NCBI GenBank assembly: GCA_945883905.1
Contig: CAMCYL010000005.1
Location: forward strand, 1 to 63,941
Origin: Akkermansia muciniphila
GTDB taxonomy: Bacteria > Verrucomicrobiota > Verrucomicrobiia > Methylacidiphilales > CAMAQI01
Length of the DNA: 63,941 bases
Direction of reading: 5' to 3'
The number at the start of each line of letters is the position of its first letter. Position 1 is the first letter of the stretch. This document shows positions 33,041 through 42,520 of this stretch, in pieces. Below the pieces are notes generated by a model. That model searched no databases and was not told the origin of the DNA. It saw only the letters and a list, made by a program, of their open reading frames with translations. A program made the translations under genes and the position numbers.

Positions 33041-35014
33041 CTATTTCTGAAGATCTTTAGCTCTCGGATCGACTTCGCCGCGGTTATGATGGTGCACGAC
33101 GGTTCCATCATCTTGAACATTTATATCAAGTTCCTCAATTTTTTTGAAATAACGCTTCATATCCTTCATTCCTCCGACACTAATCGCAATATTCACCACG
33201 AGCCCGACAGCAAAAGGAAGCACAATCACCGCAATGTGCCAATAGGTGGACCACCAGGCAAGGGGCCAAGGGGAGATTAGATTCCAAGTCGAAACAATAA
33301 TAAAAACAATAAACCAAAGCATCGACCAAGCAAAAATTCCGTACGAGAGAATTTTATCCGACTTTGTATATTCTTCGTTAATCCCGATCATTCCTAAAAT
33401 CTTCGCCTTCCATGTCTCCTGTGCTTGAAGATCGACCCCTTCTGTTCGATATTCCCCTCGATGAAGCATCCGATCCATATTAAAATCCTTTTTGCAGGTC
33501 AAAAGCGAGATGATCACATAAGCCATCACCCCAATCCCACAAGAGATCAGTGAGAGAATCTGTCCATTGACGGGAAAGTCCGGATGAAATTGCTTGTAGA
33601 GAATCGATCCCACCGATAAGGAGGATCCTAAAATCATCGCAAACCAAGCCCCGATCGTGGTTCCCTTTTTCCAATAGAGCCCCCCAATAATTAAAGATCC
33701 TGCCCCCCCTAGAAAGATCGCTCCCGTCAGACTAAAAAACATCAGAATATAGTCTGTTTGAATGAAGAAAATACTGAACAGAAATCCAAAAACAGCGACG
33801 CCGAAGATACTCCATCGAAGCCATGAAAGATGTTGTTTTGGGGTAAACGATTTTTTTCGTCCAGGAAGAATCATATCTTGGACAAATATGGTTCCCCATG
33901 AATGAAGATAGGAGCCATCGACCGCAATCCAAGCAGAGAGCATCACCAAACAGAGGAGCCCCCGAATTCCGATCGGAAGAATTTCAACAAGGGCCAAGGG
34001 AACTCGCATCTGACTTTGATTTTGATCGCCAGCGATGAGGCTTAATTTTTGACGAACGGCTTCAGCCCCTACCGCGAAATCAGGATGGTTCAGGAAGGTA
34101 TAACCACAAATCCCAAGGACCATCGTAAAAAATAAGGTGGAAATATTACGAAACCCGCCAAGCACATTGGCCATCTTTGCTTCGTGAGCTGATTCTGCGG
34201 AGCTATTGTAGGCATGACCCCCTTGCCACGCATTTGTCCAATAAATCGAGAGCAAAATTCCAATAAGAATATAGACAAGATTAAAATCTTTCAGAGAAGA
34301 GGAGTCAAAGGGATTAATTAAACTTTTCCCGACCGGTTGATTTGAAAGCGCATAAGAAATCTGATCCCATTGAATAAAGTAAAGAAGGGTAATGCAGATG
34401 ATCAGATAAAAAATTCCGGCCATGATTCCCATAATACAATCGGAAATCATGATCGTGACCTGTCCTCCACTCATACTCACATAAAGAGCATAACTTAATC
34501 CAAGCACCATCATAATGATGTAGGTTGGAACAGTAAAGGAACCGAAAACAAGCGATTCTGGAAGTCCGCAAAGATGGGTAATAAAACGGGCGCTTACCCC
34601 AGGAAAAATACCGTAATTAACGATCCCTGATAAAAACCCGATCCACCCCGTAAAGATACGCAGTCGTTTACTATATCTCACCTCGAAAAATTGCGCTAAA
34701 GTCATTACGCGCGTTTCGCGATAGCGATAAAAAACAAATCCTGAAAGGCCGATAACAACCATAAATATACCGGACAAATTCGACCACCAAAAATAGGTTA
34801 ACCCTGCCACATAAATCGCCTGATAAACGGCGACCGCACTTACCGCTCCATACCCGGCCTCTCCGCGCGCATTACAAATCAAATAACGACCCGCACAACG
34901 ACCCGCCGAAATAAAAGTACTTACCGATTTGCTGTAGGAGGCGGTCCGTTTAACAACATATAAAATCACAATTAATGGAACTAAAACAATCAGCCAATCA
35001 ATCCAATGCATCAT
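33041..35014 (-). CDS. Sodium:solute symporter family (SSF) transporter
   Basis: 657 aa with about 13-15 TM segments and SSF-like N-terminal organisation. Substrate unknown. Confidence 0.7.
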   Translation of the reverse strand: MMHWIDWLIVLVPLIVILYVVKRTASYSKSVSTFISAGRCAGRYLICNARGEAGYGAVSAVAVYQAIYVAGLTYFWWSNLSGIFMVVIGLSGFVFYRYRETRVMTLAQFFEVRYSKRLRIFTGWIGFLSGIVNYGIFPGVSARFITHLCGLPESLVFGSFTVPTYIIMMVLGLSYALYVSMSGGQVTIMISDCIMGIMAGIFYLIICITLLYFIQWDQISYALSNQPVGKSLINPFDSSSLKDFNLVYILIGILLSIYWTNAWQGGHAYNSSAESAHEAKMANVLGGFRNISTLFFTMVLGICGYTFLNHPDFAVGAEAVRQKLSLIAGDQNQSQMRVPLALVEILPIGIRGLLCLVMLSAWIAVDGSYLHSWGTIFVQDMILPGRKKSFTPKQHLSWLRWSIFGVAVFGFLFSIFFIQTDYILMFFSLTGAIFLGGAGSLIIGGLYWKKGTTIGAWFAMILGSSLSVGSILYKQFHPDFPVNGQILSLISCGIGVMAYVIISLLTCKKDFNMDRMLHRGEYRTEGVDLQAQETWKAKILGMIGINEEYTKSDKILSYGIFAWSMLWFIVFIIVSTWNLISPWPLAWWSTYWHIAVIVLPFAVGLVVNIAISVGGMKDMKRYFKKIEELDINVQDDGTVVHHHNRGEVDPRAKDLQK

Positions 35015-35158
35015 AAGGGGGCGAGAATGGCAGAACTGTTTTGAGGCACAAGCTTTGATTTAGAAAGGAATTTCCTTCTCCTTTATGATCGTAGTTTTAT
35101 TAATAGACCCATCAGAGGATCTTGCCTTCTGTAAAAAGGCCGCTAGCAAAAAGGCGAT

Positions 35159-36154
35159 ATGAAAAAGATTGCCATCCTCACCTCCGGTGGAGATTCCCCC
35201 GGAATGAATCCTGTAATTCGCTCCGTGACCCGTACTGCGGTCAATAAAGGGATGGAGGTCTGGGGGGTTCAAAATGGCTATCAGGGATTGCTCGATAACG
35301 ATTTCGTTCAACTCGATGTCCTGAAGGTCAGCGGAAAAGGGCGTGAACCCGGGACCTTTCTTCAAACGAGTCGATGCCTCGAATTCATCAAGCCAGAGGG
35401 CCAACATAAAGCGATTAAAACATTAGAAGCTCATGGAATCGAAGGGCTCGTCGTTGTCGGGGGAGATGGATCCCTTACTGGTGCCCTCGAACTTCAGAAA
35501 AAAGGGATCGAGGTCGTTGGTGTCCCTGGAACGATCGATAACGATCTCTATGGAACGGAGATGTCAGTCGGAGTCGATACCTGCCTCAATACGATTATGC
35601 ATCTCGTCGATATGATCCGTGCGACGGCGGCCTCACATCGTCGATGCTTTGTTGTGGAAGTCATGGGGCGGGCCAGTGGGTACCTTGCGCTGATGACCGC
35701 GATCTCCACAGGGGCTCAAGTGGCGGTGATTCCGGAATTCAAACTTAATATGGATAATATTACCCGAGTCCTCGAGCGGCGTTTTGCACGTAAGCATAAT
35801 AATAGCGTTATCATCGTTGCTGAAGGGGTCTGTTCGGGAGGGGAATTTCTCAACCGGATCAATCAATTTCCCAAGGGAACCATTCAACAAGATATTCGCT
35901 TAACCGTCCTTGGACATGTCCAGCGTGGCGGAGTTCCGACGCATTTTGATCGATTGCTTGGGGCTCGTATGGGGGAGATGGCGGTTCTTGCTTTAGAAAG
36001 TAAAGAGAGTGGAACGATGGTCGCTCAAGTCGGTGGAAAGATGCAACTGATTCCCATTGAAACAGTGATCGGTAAAAAACGGGCTCTGTCGGGGGAATCG
36101 ATCCGCACGGCTCGCAATCTCGGGATTGAAATCGGGGATGCGGTTGAAACGTAA
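35159..36154 (+). CDS. pfkA: ATP-dependent 6-phosphofructokinase
   Basis: KIAILTSGGDSPGMNPVIR, VVGGDGSLTGA, VGVPGTIDNDL, and VEVMGRASGYLAL. Confidence 0.95.
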   Translation: MKKIAILTSGGDSPGMNPVIRSVTRTAVNKGMEVWGVQNGYQGLLDNDFVQLDVLKVSGKGREPGTFLQTSRCLEFIKPEGQHKAIKTLEAHGIEGLVVVGGDGSLTGALELQKKGIEVVGVPGTIDNDLYGTEMSVGVDTCLNTIMHLVDMIRATAASHRRCFVVEVMGRASGYLALMTAISTGAQVAVIPEFKLNMDNITRVLERRFARKHNNSVIIVAEGVCSGGEFLNRINQFPKGTIQQDIRLTVLGHVQRGGVPTHFDRLLGARMGEMAVLALESKESGTMVAQVGGKMQLIPIETVIGKKRALSGESIRTARNLGIEIGDAVET

Positions 36155-36166
36155 AAAAGTCACATA

Positions 36167-36370
36167 AACCCATTTCTTGCATTAGGAATTAATAAATGGA
36201 GCGCCGCTGGCTCAGCGGCATGGGCGAAGGGGGGCATTTCAATCTTTTCTTCCTCGACCTTTAAATCGACCCCACATCCATGCCGCCGGGCCGTCGGCGC
36301 TCCATCTCTCATCACCATTCTGATTGCCTCTTATGCGAAGTAAATCCATCTCCAATGCAAGAAATGGGTT
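36167..36370. repeat. MITE/REP-like element (TTAGGAATT..TGGAGCGCC family)
   Basis: The left end AACCCATTTCTTGCATTAGGAATTAATAAATGGAGCGCCGCTGGCTCAGCGGCATGGGCGAAGGGGGG pairs with the right end CGGCGCTCCATCTCTC...CCAATGCAAGAAATGGGTT. Confidence 0.8.
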
Positions 36371-36430
36371 AAAATATACTTTACTTAATTAGCCTGTTTT
36401 TGGCTTGGGCAATTGGAATTGTAACAAAAC

Positions 36431-37138
36431 TTACAACCACTGTTTTTTTCGCATTCCCCAATATCCTAGTGCAATTAAAAATGCCATCAATGAGGGAATA
36501 ATTATTGTCCACGGACCCCCCTTTAAAAAGAGGAAAGCCGCAAAGAGACCTCCTAAAAAAAATCCGAGGAGGAGTGAAATCAAAAGTCCTATTTTTAATC
36601 GACCGATCGAATGACCCCGAACAAAATGTCCGAACGCTAACCCTAAATCGGTCACAATCCCTGAAACGTGTGTCGTCCGTATGTTCAAACCTAAATAAGT
36701 ACTCGCCATCGCATTTTGAATTCCACAGGCCATCGCCGCCAACGTCACTCCATATTGATTCTCTGATTGAATCATTAAACCTGCGACGAGCAGCAATAAA
36801 GCCTCCAGGAGAAGAGTCGTGGAATAACGATTCCCAGGAAAGATGGCCTCTTTGCCAATAATAATTCCAGAAATAATAGTTCCCATAAAAAAGGCGATAA
36901 CGATCCAGAGCGAGAGCATACTATTTGAAGTATCGATTCCACCGCCATAAACCATACTGAGATGAGAAAAAGCCCCTGTCATATGACTCACAGGAACGTG
37001 GAAAAAGGAAAGCATCATTACATTGATATTTCCTCCCAAAAAAGTAAGTAAAAAACCGCCGATTAAAACCCATTTATACTCCATTTTTTCGACTCGAGAA
37101 AGAACTGTTTCAGGCTTTTGATCGATTAAGGATTTCAA
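36431..37138 (-). CDS. DUF1275 (YoaK-like) family membrane protein
   Basis: 235 aa with about 6 TM segments. The GGFLLTFLGGNINVMMLSFF...VSHMTG and ...HVSGIVTDLG pattern is typical of YoaK-like proteins. Confidence 0.65.
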   Translation of the reverse strand: MKSLIDQKPETVLSRVEKMEYKWVLIGGFLLTFLGGNINVMMLSFFHVPVSHMTGAFSHLSMVYGGGIDTSNSMLSLWIVIAFFMGTIISGIIIGKEAIFPGNRYSTTLLLEALLLLVAGLMIQSENQYGVTLAAMACGIQNAMASTYLGLNIRTTHVSGIVTDLGLAFGHFVRGHSIGRLKIGLLISLLLGFFLGGLFAAFLFLKGGPWTIIIPSLMAFLIALGYWGMRKKQWL

Positions 37139-37153
37139 AAAATTATGCTCCTT

Positions 37154-38257
37154 TTAACTTTTAAATCCGATTCGTTTTTTATTCAAAATCCATAATCCGA
37201 TCCCTGTAAAAATCACGGGAGTCAGCATCGCACTCAGTAGGGATGGAAGGCGTCCGCTACTGCCCATGGCGAGGAAGAAATTCATCACAAAATAATAGGC
37301 CATTAAAATAAAGATCGCATTAAAAACACCGGCCGCCGGATTGCGTCGCGTCTCATTTCCACAACAACAAAAGGCAAAGAGTAACAAAACAAGGGGAATA
37401 AAGGCCTCCGCAATTTGTTGAAACAACTCCGTGCGATAGGGAGCCAGTGCGCGTTCGGAGCGATTTGTCGTCTGTTTCAAAAAGCGCATGATCTCCAAGA
37501 AGTTCAGTTCCTCCGGTTTGGCTTGCAATAAGGCCAGTTGCTTCGGGGGGGTCGCAAATCTCCCATCTTGAATCATCGGCGCAGGGGTCTCTGACTGCAA
37601 TCCCCCCTTTGCCTCAAAGCGCATTACTTTCACATTCTTTAAAATCCAAAAGTTTCCATTCCAACGTCCCGACTCCGCCACGTATTTCGCCTCATCCCCT
37701 AAAAGTTCACTCAAAACAGTGATCTCCACCCCTTCCGCCTCTCCTTTTAATGCATCTAAGGACTGCACATACCAAACTTGATTTCTTAAAGAGTCATAAT
37801 AAGGAACCCCTTTTTTAAAGGTCTTTGTCTCCTTCGACTTTGTTCGGATCTGCTCCAGGATCTCTTTTCTTCGTCCCTCCGCATGGTTTGCCGGGCCCAT
37901 ACTCAAATATCCGGTTGCCAATAATAGAAAAATTCCGACCCATACAAACGGCCGATAGATCTCCCCCCAGCTCACTCCGGAGGCTTGTAAGGCAATCAAT
38001 TCATGATGACGAGTCATCGTTAAAAGGGTGAATAATGCGGAGAAAAGAAAACCGACAGGAACTACTAATAGGAGCATTTTCGGAAATTGGACGATGTAAA
38101 ATTCAATAATCAATCCCACCGATGCCGACTCTTGAACAAAATCATCCAACGACCCCAAAAGATCAGCAATCAGCCATAATGCCCCACAAGCGACTAAGCT
38201 AAAAAGAAAAACCTTGAGAAATTCTGCTAATAAATAGCGGGAATAGAGTTTATGCAT
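37154..38257 (-). CDS. LptF/LptG-family (YjgP/YjgQ) LPS export permease
   Basis: N-terminus LYSRYLLAEFLKVFLFSLVA, a periplasmic beta-jellyroll-sized middle region, six TM segments, 367 aa. Confidence 0.8.
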   Translation of the reverse strand: MHKLYSRYLLAEFLKVFLFSLVACGALWLIADLLGSLDDFVQESASVGLIIEFYIVQFPKMLLLVVPVGFLFSALFTLLTMTRHHELIALQASGVSWGEIYRPFVWVGIFLLLATGYLSMGPANHAEGRRKEILEQIRTKSKETKTFKKGVPYYDSLRNQVWYVQSLDALKGEAEGVEITVLSELLGDEAKYVAESGRWNGNFWILKNVKVMRFEAKGGLQSETPAPMIQDGRFATPPKQLALLQAKPEELNFLEIMRFLKQTTNRSERALAPYRTELFQQIAEAFIPLVLLLFAFCCCGNETRRNPAAGVFNAIFILMAYYFVMNFFLAMGSSGRLPSLLSAMLTPVIFTGIGLWILNKKRIGFKS

Positions 38258-38338
38258 TTTTCCTCTTTCGGCTTGTAACCCCTAAGATCGATCGATAGTT
38301 TGACATTTGAAAATTCATTCAAAAGGGAGATTACAAAC

Positions 38339-39787
38339 ATGCAAGCGGATATTGGATTAATCGGACTCGCCGTCATGGGTCAAAATTTAGTACTCAACAT
38401 GAACGATCACGGTTATGTGGTCTGTGTTTATAATCGTACCACCTCCAAAGTGGATGCCTTTTTGAATAACGAAGCCAAAGGGACTCAGGTTCTCGGCGCT
38501 CATTCGATTCAAGAACTCTGTGCCAAACTCAAACGCCCCCGTCGCGTCATGCTCATGGTCAAAGCGGGAACGGCTGTCGATGAGTTTATTGAGCAGATTA
38601 TTCCCTACCTTGAGGCCGGAGATATTATTATTGATGGTGGAAACTCCCTTTTCACCGACTCTGCTCGACGCACTCAATATCTGGAAAGTAAAGGATTTCT
38701 CTTCGTCGGCTCTGGTGTTTCTGGAGGAGAAGAGGGGGCGCGTACCGGTCCCTCGATCATGCCTGGTGGTTCAACTGCCGCTTGGCCTCATGTTAAACCG
38801 ATTTTCCAAGCGATCAGCGCCAAGGTTGAAAATAATGTCCCCTGTTGTGATTGGGTCGGCGAAACTGGTTCCGGTCACTATGTCAAAATGGTCCATAACG
38901 GAATCGAATATGGCGATATGCAACTCATCTGCGAAGCGTATCACCTGATGCGCGACCTCCTCGGTATGGGGGCCGATGAAATGTCGGCGGTCTTTGCCGA
39001 TTGGAACAAGCGCGAGCTCGACTCCTATTTAATTGAAATCACCCGTGATATTCTTGCTTTCAAAGATACGGATGGAAAACCGTTGGTGGATAAAATCCTC
39101 GATGCTGCCGGTCAAAAAGGAACTGGAAAATGGACCATTGAATCGGCTTGTGATAACGGAATGCCGGTCACGCTCATCGCTGAAGCGGTCTTTGCCCGCT
39201 GCGTCTCTTCACTTAAAAGCGAGCGTACCAATGCGGCGAAGATTCTTAAAGGACCGGCAACGGTGTTCAGCGGAGATAAAAAGGCCTTCATCGATGATAT
39301 TCGTCAAGCGCTCTACGCTTCGAAGATCGTCTCTTATGCTCAAGGGTACATGCTTCTTCGCGCTGCTGCGAAGGAACAGAATTGGCACCTCAACTACGGA
39401 GGGATCGCTCTCATGTGGCGCGGGGGTTGCATTATCCGTAGCGGATTCCTCGGTAAAATCAAAGAGGCCTTCGATAAGGATAAAGAGCTTCAAAATCTTT
39501 TGCTCGACAGTTTCTTTGTGGGTGAAATTGAAAAAGCTCAAGCCGCTTGGCGTCGCGTCATCGCCCAAGGAGTCCTTTGTGGGATCCCGATGCCGACCTT
39601 CACGACTGCACTCTCCTTCTTTGATGGTTACCGTCGCGACTCGCTTCCCGCGAATCTCCTTCAAGCCCAACGCGATTATTTCGGAGCTCATACCTACGAA
39701 CGGATCGATAAACCGCGAGGAGAGTTCTCTCATACGAATTGGACAGGGCGTGGTGGAAATGTCTCCTCAACGACTTACAACGTCTAA
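38339..39787 (+). CDS. gnd: 6-phosphogluconate dehydrogenase (decarboxylating)
   Basis: ADIGLIGLAVMGQNLVLNM, GVSGGEEGAR, HYVKMVHNGIEYGDMQLI, and QAQRDYFGAHTYERID. The start is taken at the internal Met preceded by an AAGGGAGA RBS. Confidence 0.95.
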   Translation: MQADIGLIGLAVMGQNLVLNMNDHGYVVCVYNRTTSKVDAFLNNEAKGTQVLGAHSIQELCAKLKRPRRVMLMVKAGTAVDEFIEQIIPYLEAGDIIIDGGNSLFTDSARRTQYLESKGFLFVGSGVSGGEEGARTGPSIMPGGSTAAWPHVKPIFQAISAKVENNVPCCDWVGETGSGHYVKMVHNGIEYGDMQLICEAYHLMRDLLGMGADEMSAVFADWNKRELDSYLIEITRDILAFKDTDGKPLVDKILDAAGQKGTGKWTIESACDNGMPVTLIAEAVFARCVSSLKSERTNAAKILKGPATVFSGDKKAFIDDIRQALYASKIVSYAQGYMLLRAAAKEQNWHLNYGGIALMWRGGCIIRSGFLGKIKEAFDKDKELQNLLLDSFFVGEIEKAQAAWRRVIAQGVLCGIPMPTFTTALSFFDGYRRDSLPANLLQAQRDYFGAHTYERIDKPRGEFSHTNWTGRGGNVSSTTYNV

Positions 39788-39851
39788 ACCCTCGACGACA
39801 ATCTTTAAAACTTAATCGATCTAAACGCTAAAACAGTAACAGGAGAACTCT

Positions 39852-41366
39852 ATGTTCGATGCTAATGCCTCTACTCTTCGGGTCCCCCCGACCGCCGCCG
39901 TCATCTTTGGAGCAACGGGAGATCTCACTCATCGTAAAATCATTCCGGCCTTCTATCATTTGGCTAAAAATGGTCATCTTCCGGAGGGATTTTCGATCAT
40001 CGGTTTCGCACGACGCGAAAAGGATGATGCGACCTTCCGTCAAGAGTTGAAAGCCTCGCTCGATAAGTTCGCTCATACGAAACCGGTTGATGAAAAGGTT
40101 TGGAAATGGCTCGAATCCCGAATCTTCTATCAGATCGGAGATCTTCCGACGGCAGAGGATTACGTTAAACTCGCAGAGCGTCTCAAATCGCTTCCGCATG
40201 CAAATGCATTCAAGGGGAATTACCTCTTTTATCTTGCGACTGCACCGAACTATTTCTGTGCCGTTGCGGAGAATCTCTTTAAGGCCGGACTCGCTCCAGA
40301 TGAAGAGGGCATGCATACACGTCGCTTAATTGTCGAAAAACCGTTTGGAGAGGATCTTCCGACCGCTCAAAAACTTAATCGCGATCTCGTGAAATATTTT
40401 CCGGAAAAGACGATCTATCGGATCGATCACTACCTCGGAAAAGAGACCGTTCAGAATCTTCTCTACTTCCGTTTCGGAAACTCGATCTATGAACCTCTTT
40501 GGGATAGTCGCTATATTGATCACGTTCAAATAACCGTCGCTGAAAAAGTTTCGGTCGAAGGACGGGGCGGGTACTACGAAGGGGCAGGAGCGAGTCGCGA
40601 TATGGTGCAAAACCATCTCATGCAACTTTTCAGCTTAATTGCAATGGAACCTCCCGCTCGACTTGAAGCGGAGAATATCCGTGATGAAAAAGTGAAGGTT
40701 CTTAAGTCGATCACCATGCCTTCCAATGCCGAAATTTTAAAACGAACCGTCCGTGCTCAATACGGCGGGGGATTGATCGACGGACGTCAGATTCCTCCCT
40801 ATCGACAAGAGGAACGTGTTGACCCCAATTCGATGATTGAAACTTATGTCGCAATGCGACTGGAGATCGACAACTGGCGTTGGCACGGTGTTCCTTTTTA
40901 TCTTCGAACGGGAAAGGCGCTGCAAAAGCAGTTCAGCGAAATCTCCATTATCTTCAAACGTCCCCCGTCGGTGCTCTTTGCCGCGAACAATACCAAAATT
41001 AGTCGAAATTGGTTACGGATTCGTATTCAGCCGGATGAAGGCATCCATCTGCACTTCAATGCAAAAGTTCCGAGCCAACCGACCTTGAAACAGGTTGAGA
41101 TGAGCTTCAACTATCGCGAAAGCGGCCAGCACTATCTTCCGGAGGCTTATGAACGTCTTATCTGCGATGCGATGTTAGGAGAATCCACTCTTTTCACCCG
41201 AGCGGATGAAGTGGAAGAGGCGTGGAGAATTATCGACAGCGTCCGCGCCGCTTGGGCGAATGAAGATACCACGAATATGCCCCTGTACTCCCCCGGATCG
41301 ATGGGTCCCGTGGAGTCCGATGAGCTCCTTCGTCGCGATGGTCGGAGTTGGGCAAGACCGGTTTAA
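39852..41366 (+). CDS. zwf: Glucose-6-phosphate 1-dehydrogenase
   Basis: VIFGATGDLTHRKIIPAFY, RIDHYLGKETVQNL, and DMVQNHLMQL. Confidence 0.95.
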   Translation: MFDANASTLRVPPTAAVIFGATGDLTHRKIIPAFYHLAKNGHLPEGFSIIGFARREKDDATFRQELKASLDKFAHTKPVDEKVWKWLESRIFYQIGDLPTAEDYVKLAERLKSLPHANAFKGNYLFYLATAPNYFCAVAENLFKAGLAPDEEGMHTRRLIVEKPFGEDLPTAQKLNRDLVKYFPEKTIYRIDHYLGKETVQNLLYFRFGNSIYEPLWDSRYIDHVQITVAEKVSVEGRGGYYEGAGASRDMVQNHLMQLFSLIAMEPPARLEAENIRDEKVKVLKSITMPSNAEILKRTVRAQYGGGLIDGRQIPPYRQEERVDPNSMIETYVAMRLEIDNWRWHGVPFYLRTGKALQKQFSEISIIFKRPPSVLFAANNTKISRNWLRIRIQPDEGIHLHFNAKVPSQPTLKQVEMSFNYRESGQHYLPEAYERLICDAMLGESTLFTRADEVEEAWRIIDSVRAAWANEDTTNMPLYSPGSMGPVESDELLRRDGRSWARPV

Positions 41367-41760
41367 CCCAGATTCGTCATTAGGAATTTAAAAAATGGAG
41401 CGCCGACCGCTGGGCGGCATGGGCGAAGGGGGGTGTTTTTTGTCTTTCCTTCCGCGTCCTTCAAATCCACCCCTGATCCAGGCCGCCGGGCAGTCGCATA
41501 GGCGACAACTTAAGGAGAAGAGAAAATCCAATTCACTCTTTGTTTGAAAGCCAAGACAACTCTCTTTTCCCCTATTAAAAATCGTATTCACCTCCGTTGT
41601 TCTCCCTTTACCCTGTGGTGAATCCTGTTTTTTCTTAGGTTGATGCCTATGCGAAAGCATCTGGGGCTAAAGGTCGAGGAAGAAAATACTAAATACCCCC
41701 TTTGCCCCTGCCGCTGAGCCATCGACGCTCCATTTTTTTAATTTCTAATGCAAGAATAGG
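41367..41760. repeat. Composite MITE-like element: a TTAGGAATTT..TGGAGCGCC family element carrying a nested ~155-bp element (41497-41651) with ends CATAGGCGACAACTTAAG / CTTAGGTTGATGCCTATG
   Basis: The left end CCCAGATTCGTCATTAGGAATTTAAAAAATGGAGCGCCGACCGCTGGGCGGCATGGGCGAAGGGGGG pairs with the right end CCCCCTTTGCCCCTGCCGCTGAGCCATCGACGCTCCATTTTTTTAATTTCTAATGCAAGAATAGG. It abuts the zwf stop and the vapC stop. Confidence 0.8.
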
Positions 41761-42159
41761 TTAAGGAGTAATCAATGTGATTTGTGGGAAGTATGTTTGA
41801 TATCGACTTTTATCTCGCGTAATCAGTGGACTCGAGATTATTTGAGCATGTGCTCCAATAAAAAAATCGGGGAGTCCTGTGGATCGGGTTCCTCCTCTTC
41901 GACGATAATCAAGGTGAATTTTAGAGGCGAGAAAAAGGGCCTGACGAGGAATCTCCAGCACTTCTATTTCCAATGTTTTCAAAAGCGTATCAACCTCATC
42001 ATAGGTCCTCGCATTGGTTGAAAGTTCGGCATATATCATTGGATTGATGATCAGTCCTTGTGTGCTATATCGTTCTAAAGCAGCAAGTGACCAGTCGAGC
42101 CAAACAGGGTCTTGATTCACCAGATCTAATATCACATTACTATCGATGAGCATCGGCAT
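41761..42159 (-). CDS. vapC: PIN-domain toxin (VapC/FitB-like)
   Basis: MPMLIDSNVILDL, IYAELS, FFIGAHAQIISSPLITRD. Confidence 0.85.
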   Translation of the reverse strand: MPMLIDSNVILDLVNQDPVWLDWSLAALERYSTQGLIINPMIYAELSTNARTYDEVDTLLKTLEIEVLEIPRQALFLASKIHLDYRRRGGTRSTGLPDFFIGAHAQIISSPLITRDKSRYQTYFPQITLITP

Positions 42160-42162
42160 CTC

Positions 42163-42414
42163 TTACTCTCCCCGCGTGACTTGCATCACTTCGTCAGTCG
42201 ATAAGCGACCCTTCCAAGTTCCTATTAAAGCATTAAATTTTCCTTTTTTCGAGAGGCTTTCTTCTGCAGAAAGCGCTTTATTTTTGAGCATCACCCCTTG
42301 CTTTAGAATATCTCGGGCCTCAGCCTCCATCGACCGCCCATGGCTTGCTGCTAAAACACGCAGTTTTTGTTTAACGGACTCTTCTAAATTCCGAATTGTA
42401 AGAGTTGAACTCAT
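42163..42414 (-). CDS. vapB: FitA/Arc-type RHH antitoxin
   Basis: MSSTLTIRNLEESVKQKLRVLAASHGRSMEAEARDILKQ. Confidence 0.85.
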   Translation of the reverse strand: MSSTLTIRNLEESVKQKLRVLAASHGRSMEAEARDILKQGVMLKNKALSAEESLSKKGKFNALIGTWKGRLSTDEVMQVTRGE

Positions 42415-42520
42415 TGAATAATGCTAGCATTGCTTTCATTGATTGCAATGAATAATGTATATTAAGCGAAAGGAGGATTGAAGCCGTATATCTCCGCATC
42501 TACTCGATCGGTGTCAAAAT

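Noticed and set aside
39033-39815. 260-aa ORF in an alternative frame of gnd, plus 39209-39733 on the opposite strand
   Set aside because: It is entirely contained within the strongly supported 6-phosphogluconate dehydrogenase gene. The composition is Arg/Ser-rich, typical of off-frame translation.
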